Shown one piece after another: positions 11,871-23,712 of a DNA stretch of 64,000 nucleotides. The notes beneath the pieces are model-generated. The model did not search any database and was not told the DNA's origin. It saw nothing but the letters and a program-made list of their open reading frames with translations. The translations under genes and the position numbers were made by a program. The stretch lies in contig JAHRHZ010000016.1 in assembly GCA_024137785.1 (NCBI GenBank), forward strand, positions 38,811,305 through 38,875,304, read 5' to 3'. Source of the stretch: Ginglymostoma cirratum. Lineage: Eukaryota. How positions within the stretch are numbered: position 1 is the first letter of the stretch; every line of letters starts with the position of its first letter.

Positions 11871-12749
11871 TATGCAGCTAATAAATGTACAGACAATTGG
11901 CAATATCACCTTCCTTTTAAATTTTAACTTCGCTGTGACCGTGATGGAGAAGGACAAGGAAAGGAATCAGTCCACTCCTCCTGACTGGGGCACAGACCAT
12001 GATGCTGAATCTTCCCTGTGACAGCATTATTGTTATATCATGTGACCATCAGTGTGAAAGCAGAACTCAGTGTACGTTTTTAAATGCTAACTCCTGTCTT
12101 CCTGAGACACAACATTAATTGTATTAATGACAAATCAATGAAAAGACAGAAAGAAATGTGCATGATTGTGGGTCTTTGTCTCTATAAGCATGATAGAAGC
12201 TTCAGTCTTGTGACTTATTTTGTCATAAACCTCTGCATTCTGTTGTTATTGAAAACTGAGTGGCTTGTAAAGTGAAATCGACTTACAGCATCTCCATGTG
12301 AGATGAAGCAAGTTGGATTAGAGTTCAGAGACAGGCGCATCGAAATGTTTGACAAAGACTTAGCAGGAGAGTATTGATTGAGGTCTGTAAATCTGTCACA
12401 TAGATTCATTATTTTGTGTGCATATGTCATGCATTATCAGCTGTTCTTTTGAAGTAGCCAGTGATTTGTGACTTTATTGATAAAGGTTTGACCTATTGCT
12501 CCACTTCCTGGAGCTGTGCATACACCTAGCAGGATGATTTAACTATTGCTACTGAATGCAGGTACCCATATCAGAATAGTGAATCTTGCAAAGTGAATTG
12601 ATAGCATTAAATGCAATCATTCCACTGCAGTGAAGCTTTGGATAAAATCATCAGTGTTGTTGGATAAAACAGATGATGATCAGAAGAAGACAGAACTTGT
12701 GAATAAAACTAAATTAAAAACTGAAAGCTTCTATGTTTAGTTCCTGCTG

Positions 12750-12845
12750 TTTCTCTTTTCTCAGATGCTGCGAGACCTGTTGAGTATTTGTAGCATCTTA
12801 AGCTTTTGTTTCAAATTTCTGGCATCTACCGTATTTAGTGTTTAT
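12750..12845 (+). mobile_element. PLE family B terminal-repeat fragment
   Basis: cagatgctgcgagacctgttgagtatttgtagcat...tttctggcatctaccgtattt matches 38195-38270. Confidence 0.6.
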
Positions 12846-13554
12846 TTTAATTTCTGTTCAATTTATTGATCCCAGCTGATAAAAATTATAACAGAAAGGG
12901 AGGCCAATTTTCCATCTCTTGTACTAGATCTTCAAGTAGGTCCTGCTATTTCAATCCCATTCCTTTATCTTCTGTGTGACTTCTTTATTATTAAGTATTC
13001 AGTTCTATCCTTGATGATATACTTTTCATTTCAGCAATTAGTCAGAGAAGTACTTTACAAGTCCTCTGCATGTGGAACAAAGTATTTTAAAATCCGCCTT
13101 TATTTTTAGGTTGTATTTCTGAGTCAGTGCCACCTAGGTAACCAACTAATGGAAGCAATCTTTCACTATCAACACACAATTGAGCTTAGTGCTTTCATAT
13201 GGTTGAAGATTGTGGAAGTGGTCAGAAGAACAAGATCTCAGTCAGGCTTCGTAACCTTCATCACTATCAAGCAGTTCACATTGCCGAAAGTGTGATTATC
13301 TTTCCCTGGATAGTGGATGATCTAACCGATGATGCCGTTTGGGCTTCCACATTGTGACATCTCTCTCCAGGTTTGCACAACAAAGTGGAGAAAAGTTAAT
13401 AACTTTCAAGAAGCTATGCTTTCAGAATGGCAACCAGAGATCAGGTAGAATGTCAAGTATCTCACTTAAAACTGTATATAAATGTAAAATCAAAAGAGGA
13501 AAGCATAAATGACAACAGTAAATAAGGAAGGAATAATTGGGAACCTTTTTTATG

Positions 13555-14375
13555 AGGTTTGGCAGATGGAGTTTAATTTAGATAAGTGTGAGTTGCTGCA
13601 TTTTCGAAAGGGAAATCAAGGCAGGACTTATACACTTAATGGTAAGATCCTGAAGAGTGTTGCTAAACAAAGAAACCTTGGAGTGCAGGTTCATAATTCC
13701 TTGAAAGTGGAGTTACAGGTAGGCAGGATAGTGAAGAAGGCGTTTAGTACACGCCTTTATTGGTCACTGTATTAAGTACAGGAGTTGGGAGGTCACGTTG
13801 CAGCTGTACAGGACATTGGTTAGGCTACTTTTGGAATACTGTGTGCAGTTCTGGTCTTCCTACTATAGGAAGGATGTTGTGAAACTTGAAAAAGTTCAGA
13901 AAGTATTTACAAGGATGTTGCCAGGGTTGGAGAGTTTGAGCTGTAGGGAGAGGGTGAATAGACTGGGGTTATTTTCACTGCAGTATCGAAGGCTGAGGGA
14001 TGACTTTATAGAAGTTTATAGTGTCATGAGGGGCATGCAAGGGTAAATAACTCAGGTCTTTTCCACAGGTTGGGGGAGTCCAGAACTAGAGAACATAGGT
14101 TTAAGGTGAGAGGGGAAAGATTTAAAAGGGACCTGAGGGGCAACTTTTTCACACAAGGATGGTGAGTGTATGAAATGAGCTGCCAGAGGAAGTGGTGGAG
14201 GCTGGTACAATTATGTCTTTTAAAAGGCATCTGGATGAGTATATGAATAGGCAAGGTTTAGAGGGATAAGGGCCAAATGCTGGCAAATGGGACTAGATTA
14301 ATTTAGGATATCTGGTTGGCATGGACAAGTTGGAGTGAAGGGTCTGTTTCCATACTGTAAGACTCTATGACTCTA
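13555..14375 (+). mobile_element. HER1/CR1 LINE 3' fragment
   Basis: WQMEFNLDKCELLHF and LYRTLVRLLLEYCVQFWS...FTRMLPGLE. The tail gactctatgactcta resembles the HE1 SINE tail. Confidence 0.92.
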
Positions 14376-16049
14376 TAATTGTACAAGCATGCATGGTCTT
14401 TACTCTGATGAAGAATGATTGGCAGCATGCTGTATATAAAAATGCAGATTGTGGTCATTGTGACATAACATGTAAGTTCAATGTCTGTTTGTTATCATGG
14501 ACAAAGTACATAGAGGTTGTAAGACAGGTTGAATCTTTTGTTCTTTGTTTCTTTGCATACCCTATGCATTTGAATCTGTTCTTTGCAAACTATGCAGGTT
14601 ACTAACAGCTGGATGGCATGTGACAATTCTAAAATATTCATTGAACATCCTCAAAATTATTTGAAACATCGTGGAAAGAGATAACCCAGTAGTTGGTGGC
14701 TGAATAAAAAGATGGGAAGAAGTTATTACTGTTTGTTCAAACTGGGATGAAATGTTCTGCCTGCGTTGTACTGTTAATCTGTCTCCTGTAGAGATGACAT
14801 CTTAAGGTCCTTGTGAGCTTAAGATTTATGGAACATAAGCTGTCTTATTGAGGTAGAATCTAAAAGCGGATTTAGGTTAGCTAATTTTGGTACTAATTAA
14901 AATAATTGTCCCAACGAATTGCAATTTTGACATATCACAGACCAAACAATCTTCAATTATAGCTATTTGAACAAAGAAATGGCTCTATTTTTAATTTTGG
15001 AACTGGAAGTAATACATTGCCCACCCGTATTTCTACAGTAACTGTCTGACAAATTAGAATGTGTATAAAAATTTTTATTATTATACGTGATGTCAACGTT
15101 TCCTCAACTGATGCCAGTATTACTCACGTGATACCACTTTTGTTTTTTAGCTGGGAACTCTTAAGTTTGAACTTAAATCACAAATTCAACTCTTAATCCA
15201 GTCCAACATAGTGGGATTAGTTTTGGATTGTTCCCACAAAGAGCTGGGACTGACACAGCGAATTCAGCATTCTCCTACCATGCTATACACTTCCCTGGTT
15301 CATTGGTGCAGCAGTTCGGAAGCACCTCATTGTCAGACAAGCAATCCTCTTAGATAAGATATGGAACATAGTTCACATGGGTCATTGTTATAAAGCAGCT
15401 TTAATAAGAACTAGTACAGTTCTTAGTGCTCTGGAAGAATGAAGTGGTCCAGGTCAATTCTGTCTTGCAATTTTCTGTGAGTGAACAATAATAGAAGTGA
15501 CGCTTTGAATCTGATAGCTGATCTAAGAATTGGTTTTCAATCTGTGATAGCTTTCACATTCAGCGCTTTCTCTGATACTGTGACTCTGACTTAATATTTG
15601 TGTGTATTCATGATCTAGTTTTTGAATTTTAATGACCCAACCTGGTGTAATCAGGCACGTGTTCAGTTAAAATGTCTTGAATATCCTTCTCTTCCCTTCA
15701 CTTCTTGATGCAGCTGTCCACCGTTTGAGCATTTTTTGTTTAGATGGCTAAGGCATGGCCCAAGGATCTACATAAAAATGTGTAAATTGGTTCCTTTAAT
15801 GTTATTTGGGTCCCAATAGTATTTTGATGGCCTACTGAGATGGAGAGCCATTTTGGGTGCTCAATGTAGCAAAACTTGGCAAGACATAGAGGGCAACCTC
15901 ATAAAACAAGAATAAGCACTTTCCCTCATGGAATCAGGTGTGGTATGTAGGTGTTCAGACTGCACAAGGAAAATCTGCACCTCCAATGCCTTACAATCTC
16001 ACCAATGAGTGATCGTTACCCTGTCTCAGATGAACTTCAGTAGGGGGTG

Positions 16050-17415
16050 AATTAAGGTTCCGCATGGTGACTGGTTAGCAAGGTTATATAACATGGAATA
16101 CAGGAAGAGTTAGCCACTTGGATACAAAATTAGCTCAAAGTTAGGAGACAGAGGGTGATTGTGGAGGGTTGCTTTACGGACTGGAGGTCTGTGACCAGCA
16201 GCATGCTGCAAGTATCAGTGCTGGGTCCACTGCTTTTTGTCATTTATAGCAATGGTTTGGACGTGAATACTGGAAGTATGGTTAGTAAGTTTGCATATGG
16301 CACCAAAGTTGGTGGTGTAGTAGACAGCAAAGAAGGTACAATGGGAGTACAATGGGACCTTGATCAGATCGGCCAAAGGGACCGAGGAGTGGCAGATGGA
16401 GTTTAATTTAGATAAATGTGAGGTGTTAGATTTTGATGAGGCAAATTAGGACAGGACTTATACGCTTAATGGTAAGGTCCTGGGGAGTGTTGCCAAATAG
16501 AGAGACCTTGGGATGCAGGTTCATAGTTCCTTGAAAGTGGAGGAGCAGGTAGACACGGTGGTAAAGAAGGCGTTTGGTACACTGGCCTTCATTGGTCAGT
16601 ATATTGAATATATGAGTTGGGAGGTCATGTTGTGAACGTACAGGGCATTGGTTAGGCCACTTTTGGAATACTGGAAGCCAGGCAAAAACAGCGAAAGGAG
16701 CACGCTGCCTCACCAGTGCGCCACCCACCCCTTCCTGTGAACGCTGCTGGCCCCAAGTGTAACAGAGCTTGTGATTTCTGTGTTGGTCTGTCCAGCCACC
16801 TATGGACTCACCCAGAGAGTGGAAGAGAATCACCCTCATCTGTGAGAGACTATTAATGATGAATGCATTCAATCCTAGTCTCCCTGCTATAAGAAAGATG
16901 TTGCAAAACTTGAAAATGTCTGGAAAAGATTGACAAGGATGCTGCTGGGGTTGGACGGTTTGAGATATGGCGAGAGGTTGAATAAGCTGGGGCTATTTTT
17001 CCTGGAGTGTTGGAGGCTGAGAGGGGGTGGGTGACCTTATGGAGGTTTATAAAGTCACGAGGGCCATGGATAAGGTGAGTAGCCAAGGTATTTTTTTTCC
17101 CTGGGTAGGGGAGCCCAAAACTAGAAGGAATAGGTTTAAGGTGAGGGGGCAAGATTTAAAAAGGACCCTAGGGGCAACATTTTCAAGCAGAGGTTGGTGC
17201 GTATATGGAATGAGCTGCCAGAGGAAGTGGTAGATGCTGGTACGATTACAACATTTAAAGGGCATCTGAACTGGGATATAAATTGAAAGGATTTAGAGGA
17301 ATACAGACCAAATGCTGGCAAATGGGACAAGATTAATTAAGAATATCTGGCCTGCATGGACAAATTGGACCAAAGGGTCTGTTTCCATGTTGTACATCTC
17401 CGTGACACTATGTGA
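16050..17415 (+). mobile_element. HER1/CR1 LINE 3' part, interrupted by an RTE fragment
   Basis: KVPHG.L, QVSVLGPLLFVIY, SKFAYGTKVGG (decayed FADDTK) and WQMEFNLDKCEV. The 3' UTR matches 14200-14375. Confidence 0.92.
16674..16862 (+). mobile_element. RTE-clade LINE 3' end inserted in CR1
   Basis: Reads PKCNRACDFCVGLSSHLWTH, like the RTE C-terminal CP.C.R...S.IGL.SH.RTH finger, followed by a short UTR and an atgatga tail. It splits the CR1 LEYC|IQ motif. Confidence 0.75.
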
Positions 17416-18979
17416 CCTGACCTAATCACCAGCAGCTTAATTCTGGAATTGCTGATTTTACCTGATCCAAAGTTGTAACTTTCTGTCTCTTCCAGGCAGG
17501 CAGCTAGCCAGCAAGATAATAACATTTCCTAATGCACTATACTTGTAGCCAAATGCTGGCTTTAAAGAAAGAATGAATGAAACTGATGCAGTAGCACACT
17601 GGCAAATAATTGTGTACGTGTTTGTGCATTTGAATATAAGGTGGATAATGCAGGATGTAGGGATTAGCTACCTGATCTAAGCTAAATTTGGACAATATCT
17701 TAGTATCTTACAATCTGGCTGGATCACTGTGATAATATACTGGAGTGACTTTAATAAAATCAGTGTGAGACATCCCCCCCTTATGAACAGCCAGTTCTTA
17801 TCTAGTCATCTGCTGGTCAGTCTCATTGGCAGCTTTGTAGTCCCAGCAGTACTAAAAGATAGCACTGGTCATTGATGGGGCTACAAACAATCCCAAACTT
17901 GAATACTGAATTGAATACAGAATTGTCAGCCTGAAGAAATCGTCTGCTGACAAAGCCACAGTCATCCAAGGAGAAGAAAGCAGGAAAACAGTCCAGTTAG
18001 AAACCCAAAACTATATCTTTATTAAAAATTCGGCAACTCAAAAGCATGCAGAGCCTGTTAGCATGTGTGAAAGCAGCATATAGCAGATACAAATGGCTCA
18101 AGACTGCCTCTAGAAATCAAAACAGCTGGAAATAGTAAAAACAGAAGTTCTGAAGAGCACACAGTGTCACCAAAGCTACTGGGGGAACATTCTGAATCAT
18201 AAACCTGGGATGCGGCGTTTGACATCATGGAAGTTCAGTTTCTTAGAGGAGAGGTGAAAATTCTTACATTCTAAAATATTCTAGGCTGCAAAGCTAAAGG
18301 CTCTGTTGGCCTTAAACATTGAAAGTTATCTGGGAAAACTGTCAAAAATATTTTTAAAACCAAAGTCACTCATTAGAATATTATTAAAGTGGTAAAATAA
18401 TTCATCTAATTAGGTTGAAAATATTGAAGGAAGAAGATTGTATAAATGTCAGTGTTTTGAAGTGGAAGTGATTTTTTTTATTGTGCAATTTACAATATCC
18501 TTAAAGGCAGGATAAAACCCAACATCATTTGTTTTGAATTTAAAATGAAATGACTATCTCAGAAAATCTCGATATGCAAATTGTTCATTTGTTTTAAAAA
18601 AAAGGTGTGAAATCCATAAAGAAGGGCAGTGGGAGATTGGCCAAGTTGGGTTACACCCAGAAGTGGACAGAGGAAGTAGTTGTTGGAGTAATATGACTGG
18701 GTTCAGTGGGATTAAAGGAAGATAGAGCCTTAGATGGATTGTCAGATTAGGTTCTAAGAATGCCAGTGGTTAGCAGGAGGTGTATTTATGGCTATGTAAG
18801 ATAAATATGTGGTTAGTTTAATGATTACTCAGGTGTTTCCTGAGTAACAATTTTACTTAATTTCATTGCAACCCTCCCAAGTGTTCATTTTAGCTGGAGC
18901 CATTTAGAGACTTCCAGCCTGTAGAGGAATTGCCCAGTGAAAAATTAAATCTCCCGTTTAAAAGTCTTTCAGAATAGAA

Positions 18980-19262
18980 AGTAAATAGGTGAAATCAGAG
19001 TTAAGGGGGAATGAAGAAATGAAGCCTAAGCTAGGGTTACTATGCATAAATGTTAATGCACAGAGTGTAGTAAAAATAAAATGGAAGAGTTATGTTGTGC
19101 GAAAATATCATGATGAGACAAAAGCAGAGACCCATTTCAAGGAAGTGCTAGAATGGGTATTAAACATTCTTGGGTACAAGAAAGGAAGGAAAAGAAGACA
19201 GGTGGTGGTATTTTGTTAAGCAGAGCAACAGACTGTTAGAGGAAGAGAATGTCCCAGAAGGT
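18980..19262 (+). mobile_element. CR1 ORF2 N-terminal APE endonuclease remnant
   Basis: LCINVNAQSVVK...AETHF...EWVLNILGY resembles CLY.NARSI.NK...ITETWL...W.LNI.GY. Confidence 0.6.
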
Positions 19263-19263
19263 A

Positions 19264-19546
19264 ATAGAGTCATAGAGATGGTCAGCACGGAAATAGACAC
19301 TTCGGTCCAACTTGTCCATGCCAACCTAATATTCTACATTGATCTCGTCCCATTTGCCAGCATTTTGTCTGTACCCCTCTAACCCTTTCCTATTCATGTA
19401 CCCATCCAGGTGCCTTTTCAATGTTGTCATTGTACCTACCTCCACTAGCACCTCTGGCAGATAATTCCATACACGCACCACCCTCTGTGTGAAAACGTTG
19501 CCCCATGGGTCGCTTTTGAAATCCTTCCCCTCTCACCTTAAACCTA
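19264..19546 (-). mobile_element. HER1/CR1 3' end
   Basis: Reverse complement of the CR1 tail at 14095-14375. Confidence 0.88.
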
Positions 19547-20030
19547 CAAGGTTACAAGAATTGTTTCAGGGATGGGTAACTTCAGTATGAGGATATATTG
19601 GAAAGATTGATTCTCAACTGTTCTCTTGACTCAGTTGGTACTGAAGACTTAAGAGGAGATCTTATAAAAGTTTTCAGAATCATGAATGATCCAGATGCAG
19701 TTGATATGGTGAAACTTTTCCCACCGTCAGATCAAGAATGGGAAAAACCACAGATTCAAACTGCAAAAGTGGCAAATGTGATGTGAGAAGAAAAAAACAG
19801 TTCATCATGTAAACAATGGTTTGGGTTGAGAATGGATTGCCTGGAAGTGTGGTAGAGGCAGGTTTAATTGCATGATTATTTGGGTTATTTGGCAGTGGAT
19901 GATTATTTAAATGGAAACAATGTGCAAGAGAAATGGAAAAATACAGGAGTATGGCATTAAGTCATAATGCTCGTCTAGCGAACCACTGCAGACACAATAG
20001 ATTGAATAGCCTCCTTCTTAACATCCTGTT
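19547..20030 (+). mobile_element. Old CR1 3' fragment
   Basis: LRGDLIKVFRIM...VDMVKLFP, followed by a CR1-like 3' UTR. Confidence 0.7.
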
Positions 20031-21649
20031 CTTCCATTTTTTGACTAAGTCTTAATTGAGTGACTTTTTTTGGAAGGTTTTCTTGCTGTATCTACCAAAC
20101 TTGTCTCATCAGCTGTCTATTCTATGGTGTCCCACATGTCTGATTTCAGCCGCATGTACCATGCGTCATTCACTCAGCAGATACCACAGGATTTACCAGC
20201 AATCCTTGCTCCCTTGCTACCTTTGAAAGTCTATGGTGCAGTCCAACAAGAAATGTTAGTCTGGAGCTGCCCTGCACAGTTCCTTGCATTGAGGCGGGAC
20301 TTCATCTTCACTTGGCAGCGGAGGCCACAGTACTAGACCATGCCACCCTAGTCCATTGACTAAATAACCACTTGGCTAAAGCAGTCTCAGCCATCTGTAG
20401 CAATGCATATTGCTATAGGAATAAGGTCAACGACCTTCTCTACTCAGCCACAATAAGTGCTTCTTTCTGAAAGCTCAAACTCACTATAACTCTGCTACAC
20501 TTTCTACTTCCCACCAAGGCTCATGCACTATCAATGAATTGACTACAACATCATTTGTCACTTGCTGACACCCACTAAAACCCCCAGCACCGTTAACTCT
20601 GCATGCCCTCAGTGCAGCCTACTCACTCGCTCAGGACACCTTCCCACTCCCACTGTTAATAGCTGCACCACCCACTTTCATCTCCCCTAATTTCTGCTTC
20701 TCTATCATTCTAGGAGGAGATCAGGACCCAATAGGGTGGTGGGTACCTGCCATTCAGCTCCCTGCCCCTTATATGAGGAACATCATGAGGAATACTTTGA
20801 CTCTAACCACTCTGAGCGGTTGATTGGCTATTTGTAAGCCTCTGGGCTGGTATCAGTAGGCTGTCCTTGATTTAGTGTTTTGGGACCCACTAAATGAAGG
20901 TTGTCCTCCCCTTTGACTTGACTGTGCATGTTGACAGCCATGACAAGCTCCTAACTCTATATCTGCACTAAATGGTAAGATAAGCTGACCAAGGGTAAAT
21001 AAGTACAAGCAATAAATGTTGGGTGAACCAACTGAATCAGCTGGTGGCACCCACAGCCCGCAAGAGAATCAATGAAAATATGAACCTCATGTCTCTGGAT
21101 GAGAAGGTAAAGTGCAAAACGGCGGGGTGTTTGTAATATCCAGGTATCTAGTATTTAGAGTCACTTGCACTACTTTCCACATGGTAAATGATGCATCTTT
21201 CTGGATTTCTGCAGCTCCAACACTAGATTGCTGCCATGGTCACCCATCAGTCTTTATTAACTGCAATTTTTTTCCTCAAGGATTCATTGACCATCCTCAT
21301 TAAAATACAGTCTGCCTAGTTACAATCCCTTGTTGTAACCTTTGAGTGTATTTGCAAGAATAATGCATTAGTCTAACAGTCAAGTCACTCACCCAAACCT
21401 TCAACACCAGCCTATCTATTTGTTGCTTACTACTTTTCCCCTCCTGAATGCTCTAATTTTTAAGTTACTCTTGGCTTTTTAAAAGCTGTTATCTAATTTT
21501 GAAATCTGTCCAGAACATTACTCCCTTTTTAAACATTTACTGATCCACCAAAGGATATTTAAATAACGAGACTCCACAGTTCATTCAGAGTCAGCTCTGC
21601 AGAAAATCATCAGGTACTTGCTGGTTTAATAGTTCAAAACAGGCATAAA

Positions 21650-21855
21650 TATCACCATTGAACTTGAGGACTGCAACACTTCATTTATACTTGACCAGGC
21701 ATATTGGATGTTGATCTAATATCACCTTCAAGGAACAAGCTGTTTCTTCGTACTGCACTGGATGTCAGCCTAGATTATCCACTTTAGTCCTGATGCAAGG
21801 TTTGTACCTGCGTGGGTTTGATGTTTCAATAAGCATGCTACCAAGTGAACCAAGT
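21650..21855 (-). mobile_element. DeuSINE-like tRNA-SINE fragment
   Basis: gtactgcactggatgtcagcctagattat...tgctaccaagtgaacc resembles 30600-30700. Confidence 0.5.
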
Positions 21856-22407
21856 AATCGATGTATCCTTCGTGATGTATGAACAGTGTCAATTCCTAGG
21901 CCCGTTGTATGCACCATGACATGCAATTATGACTTGAATGCATCTTAAGCCTTCAATGAATTTGTATTTCGCAAATATACCATCAACACGTTTGAGTGCG
22001 ATTGATGGCAACAGAGACATAGAACTCTAATGTGCTGACACCATTTTGGCAATTTTAAATCTGAATTAATAGGTAAAGCAAGGATCCAGGAACACAGCAT
22101 AGTCTCTTAAAGATTCCTTAATTTAGTGAAGTCTGATTCTTAGAGGGAAATACTAAATCAGCTTTTGTTGTTCTTTTGTATGTATTATTATGTTTAAATG
22201 TTAAAATGGGCTCTGCTGGGAAAAAAAACATGGCCACTGCTAATCACATGATTTGAGTTGATAACAATATCTGTAAAGTTCCAATTGGTAGTTACCAAGT
22301 CAGAGCTCGGTATCCGAGTTCATTCTCTTGGACCCTCACACCCTTGCATCGTGTGGACCTCCTAGTCAACAAATGCGCAAAGAACAGGGGACAATGTATG
22401 TCTCCAG

Positions 22408-22527
22408 GAGACAATAAGACTGCAGAAGTTGGAAGCCAGAGTCTATAGGTATGAGGCTGGAAAAGCACAGCTGGTCAGATAGCACCTGAGGAGCAGGTAA
22501 GTCAATGATTCGGGCTGAGACCCTGTA
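22408..22527 (-). mobile_element. Short PLE family A terminal-repeat insertion
   Basis: Diverged copy of 2217-2312 and 62823-62945, truncated in hammerhead stem II. TSD-like gacaatg(t/g)atgtct(c/t)cag at 22390-22407 and 22528-22545. Confidence 0.75.
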
Positions 22528-22787
22528 GACAATGGATGTCTTCAGAAAGGTCTGACAAACTAAGGGAGTTGTTGAAGCTCATTATGCCTGAAGAACTGCT
22601 AATGGCTCACTGTCTAGTTCAAGAACAAACAACGTTTTTAAACTACTCCATCAACTAAAGGAACTCATCCTGAATCGGCTTGTCACATCTTAACAAAGAA
22701 GCTTTAATTTTCCTTTTATGAATCCTTGCCTCAGTACAGTAAATACATGAGCTATTATTAACATCATGGTCTGGCAAAAATCTAACT

Positions 22788-23712
22788 GGTGAGACTCAAG
22801 ATGGCGGCAGATTGAGATGCCCCTGTCGGAGCTCCTCTGCTCGCCAGTTCCTTTTCCTCTCTCTCTTTTTTTTTCTCCTCTTTGCAGTAGTTTTCCTTCA
22901 CAATCCCCCACCCCCACACCTGGAGAATGGAATCGAGGGATGAGTCATGACCAGAGCCCGGATAGGAGCTAAGTGCACGGGCCAAATCCCACAGTGGTAG
23001 CGGAGCGAGCATGAGCCCTGTCCTGGAGTGGTAGCAGCACAGTGAGCACGGGGCGAATCCCTGAGCAATGGCAGCACAGTGAGCACGGGGCGAGTCCCTG
23101 AGCGATGGCAGCACAGCGAGCATGGGGTGAGTCCCTGAACGATGGCAGCACAGCAAGCACGGGGCGAGTCCCTGAGTGATGTCAGCACAGCGAGCATGGT
23201 GTGAGTCCCTGAACGATGGCAGCACAGTGAGCATGGGGCGAGTCCCTGAACGATGGCAGCATAGCAAGCACTGGACGAGTCCCTGAGTGATGGCAGCACA
23301 ATGAGCATGGGGCGAGTCCCTGAGTGATGGCAGCACAGCGAGCACTGGGGCGAGTCCCTGAGTGATGTCAGCACAGTGAACACTGGGCAAGTCCCTGAGC
23401 GATGGCAGCGGAATGAGTCCTGGCCAGACACCAATGCACAGAGGTAGCATTGCCTCATGTTCTGAATCCAGCGGGCACAGTCTCAAGTTTTAGAAGTTAA
23501 AGTCCTTTTCCAACATAAGTACTTTATGGTCACTTTTGTTATCATTCTGGACTTTTTAATCCTGATTCTCATGCTTACCTTTCTTTTACTTTGTAACAAC
23601 ACATAAAGTAAATGTACCTAAGTATTCTGTACGTAAGATGTCTCAGAGAGGCAGCGTTACAAACTTTTCACTGCAGTCATTGAGTGTATATGACTATAAA
23701 GGCTAAAGGCTA
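22788..23712 (+). mobile_element. Non-autonomous retroposon with Rex1/Babar-like ends and an internal minisatellite
   Basis: 5' caagatggcggc (YY1-like motif), 3' cttttcactgcagtcattgagtgtatatgactataaa followed by a tandem aaaggct tail, and no RT. The family assignment is from recollection of Rex1/Babar termini. Confidence 0.55.
23034..23410. repeat. 37-bp GC-rich minisatellite, about 10 copies
   Basis: Unit gcagcacag(t/c)gagca(c/t)ggggcgagtccctgag(c/t)gatg starts at 23034, 23071, 23108, 23145, 23182, 23219, 23256, 23293, 23330 and 23368. Confidence 0.97.

Noticed and set aside
17728-18620. Possible solo LTR
   Set aside because: It has a TG start and LTR-like composition only. I could not find a matching CA end, TSD or second copy.
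22990-23378. Repeated CACAGTG (V(D)J RSS heptamer)
   Set aside because: It is part of the minisatellite unit. There is no ACAAAAACC-like nonamer at 12 or 23 bp and no V/J segments.
23034-23410. CRISPR-like array (37-bp periodicity)
   Set aside because: The units are contiguous with no unique spacers, there are no cas genes, and the context is eukaryotic. It is a minisatellite.
22782-23486. 234-aa and 186-aa Cys/His-rich ORFs
   Set aside because: They are translations of the 37-bp repeat cycling through frames, with no splice or domain evidence.
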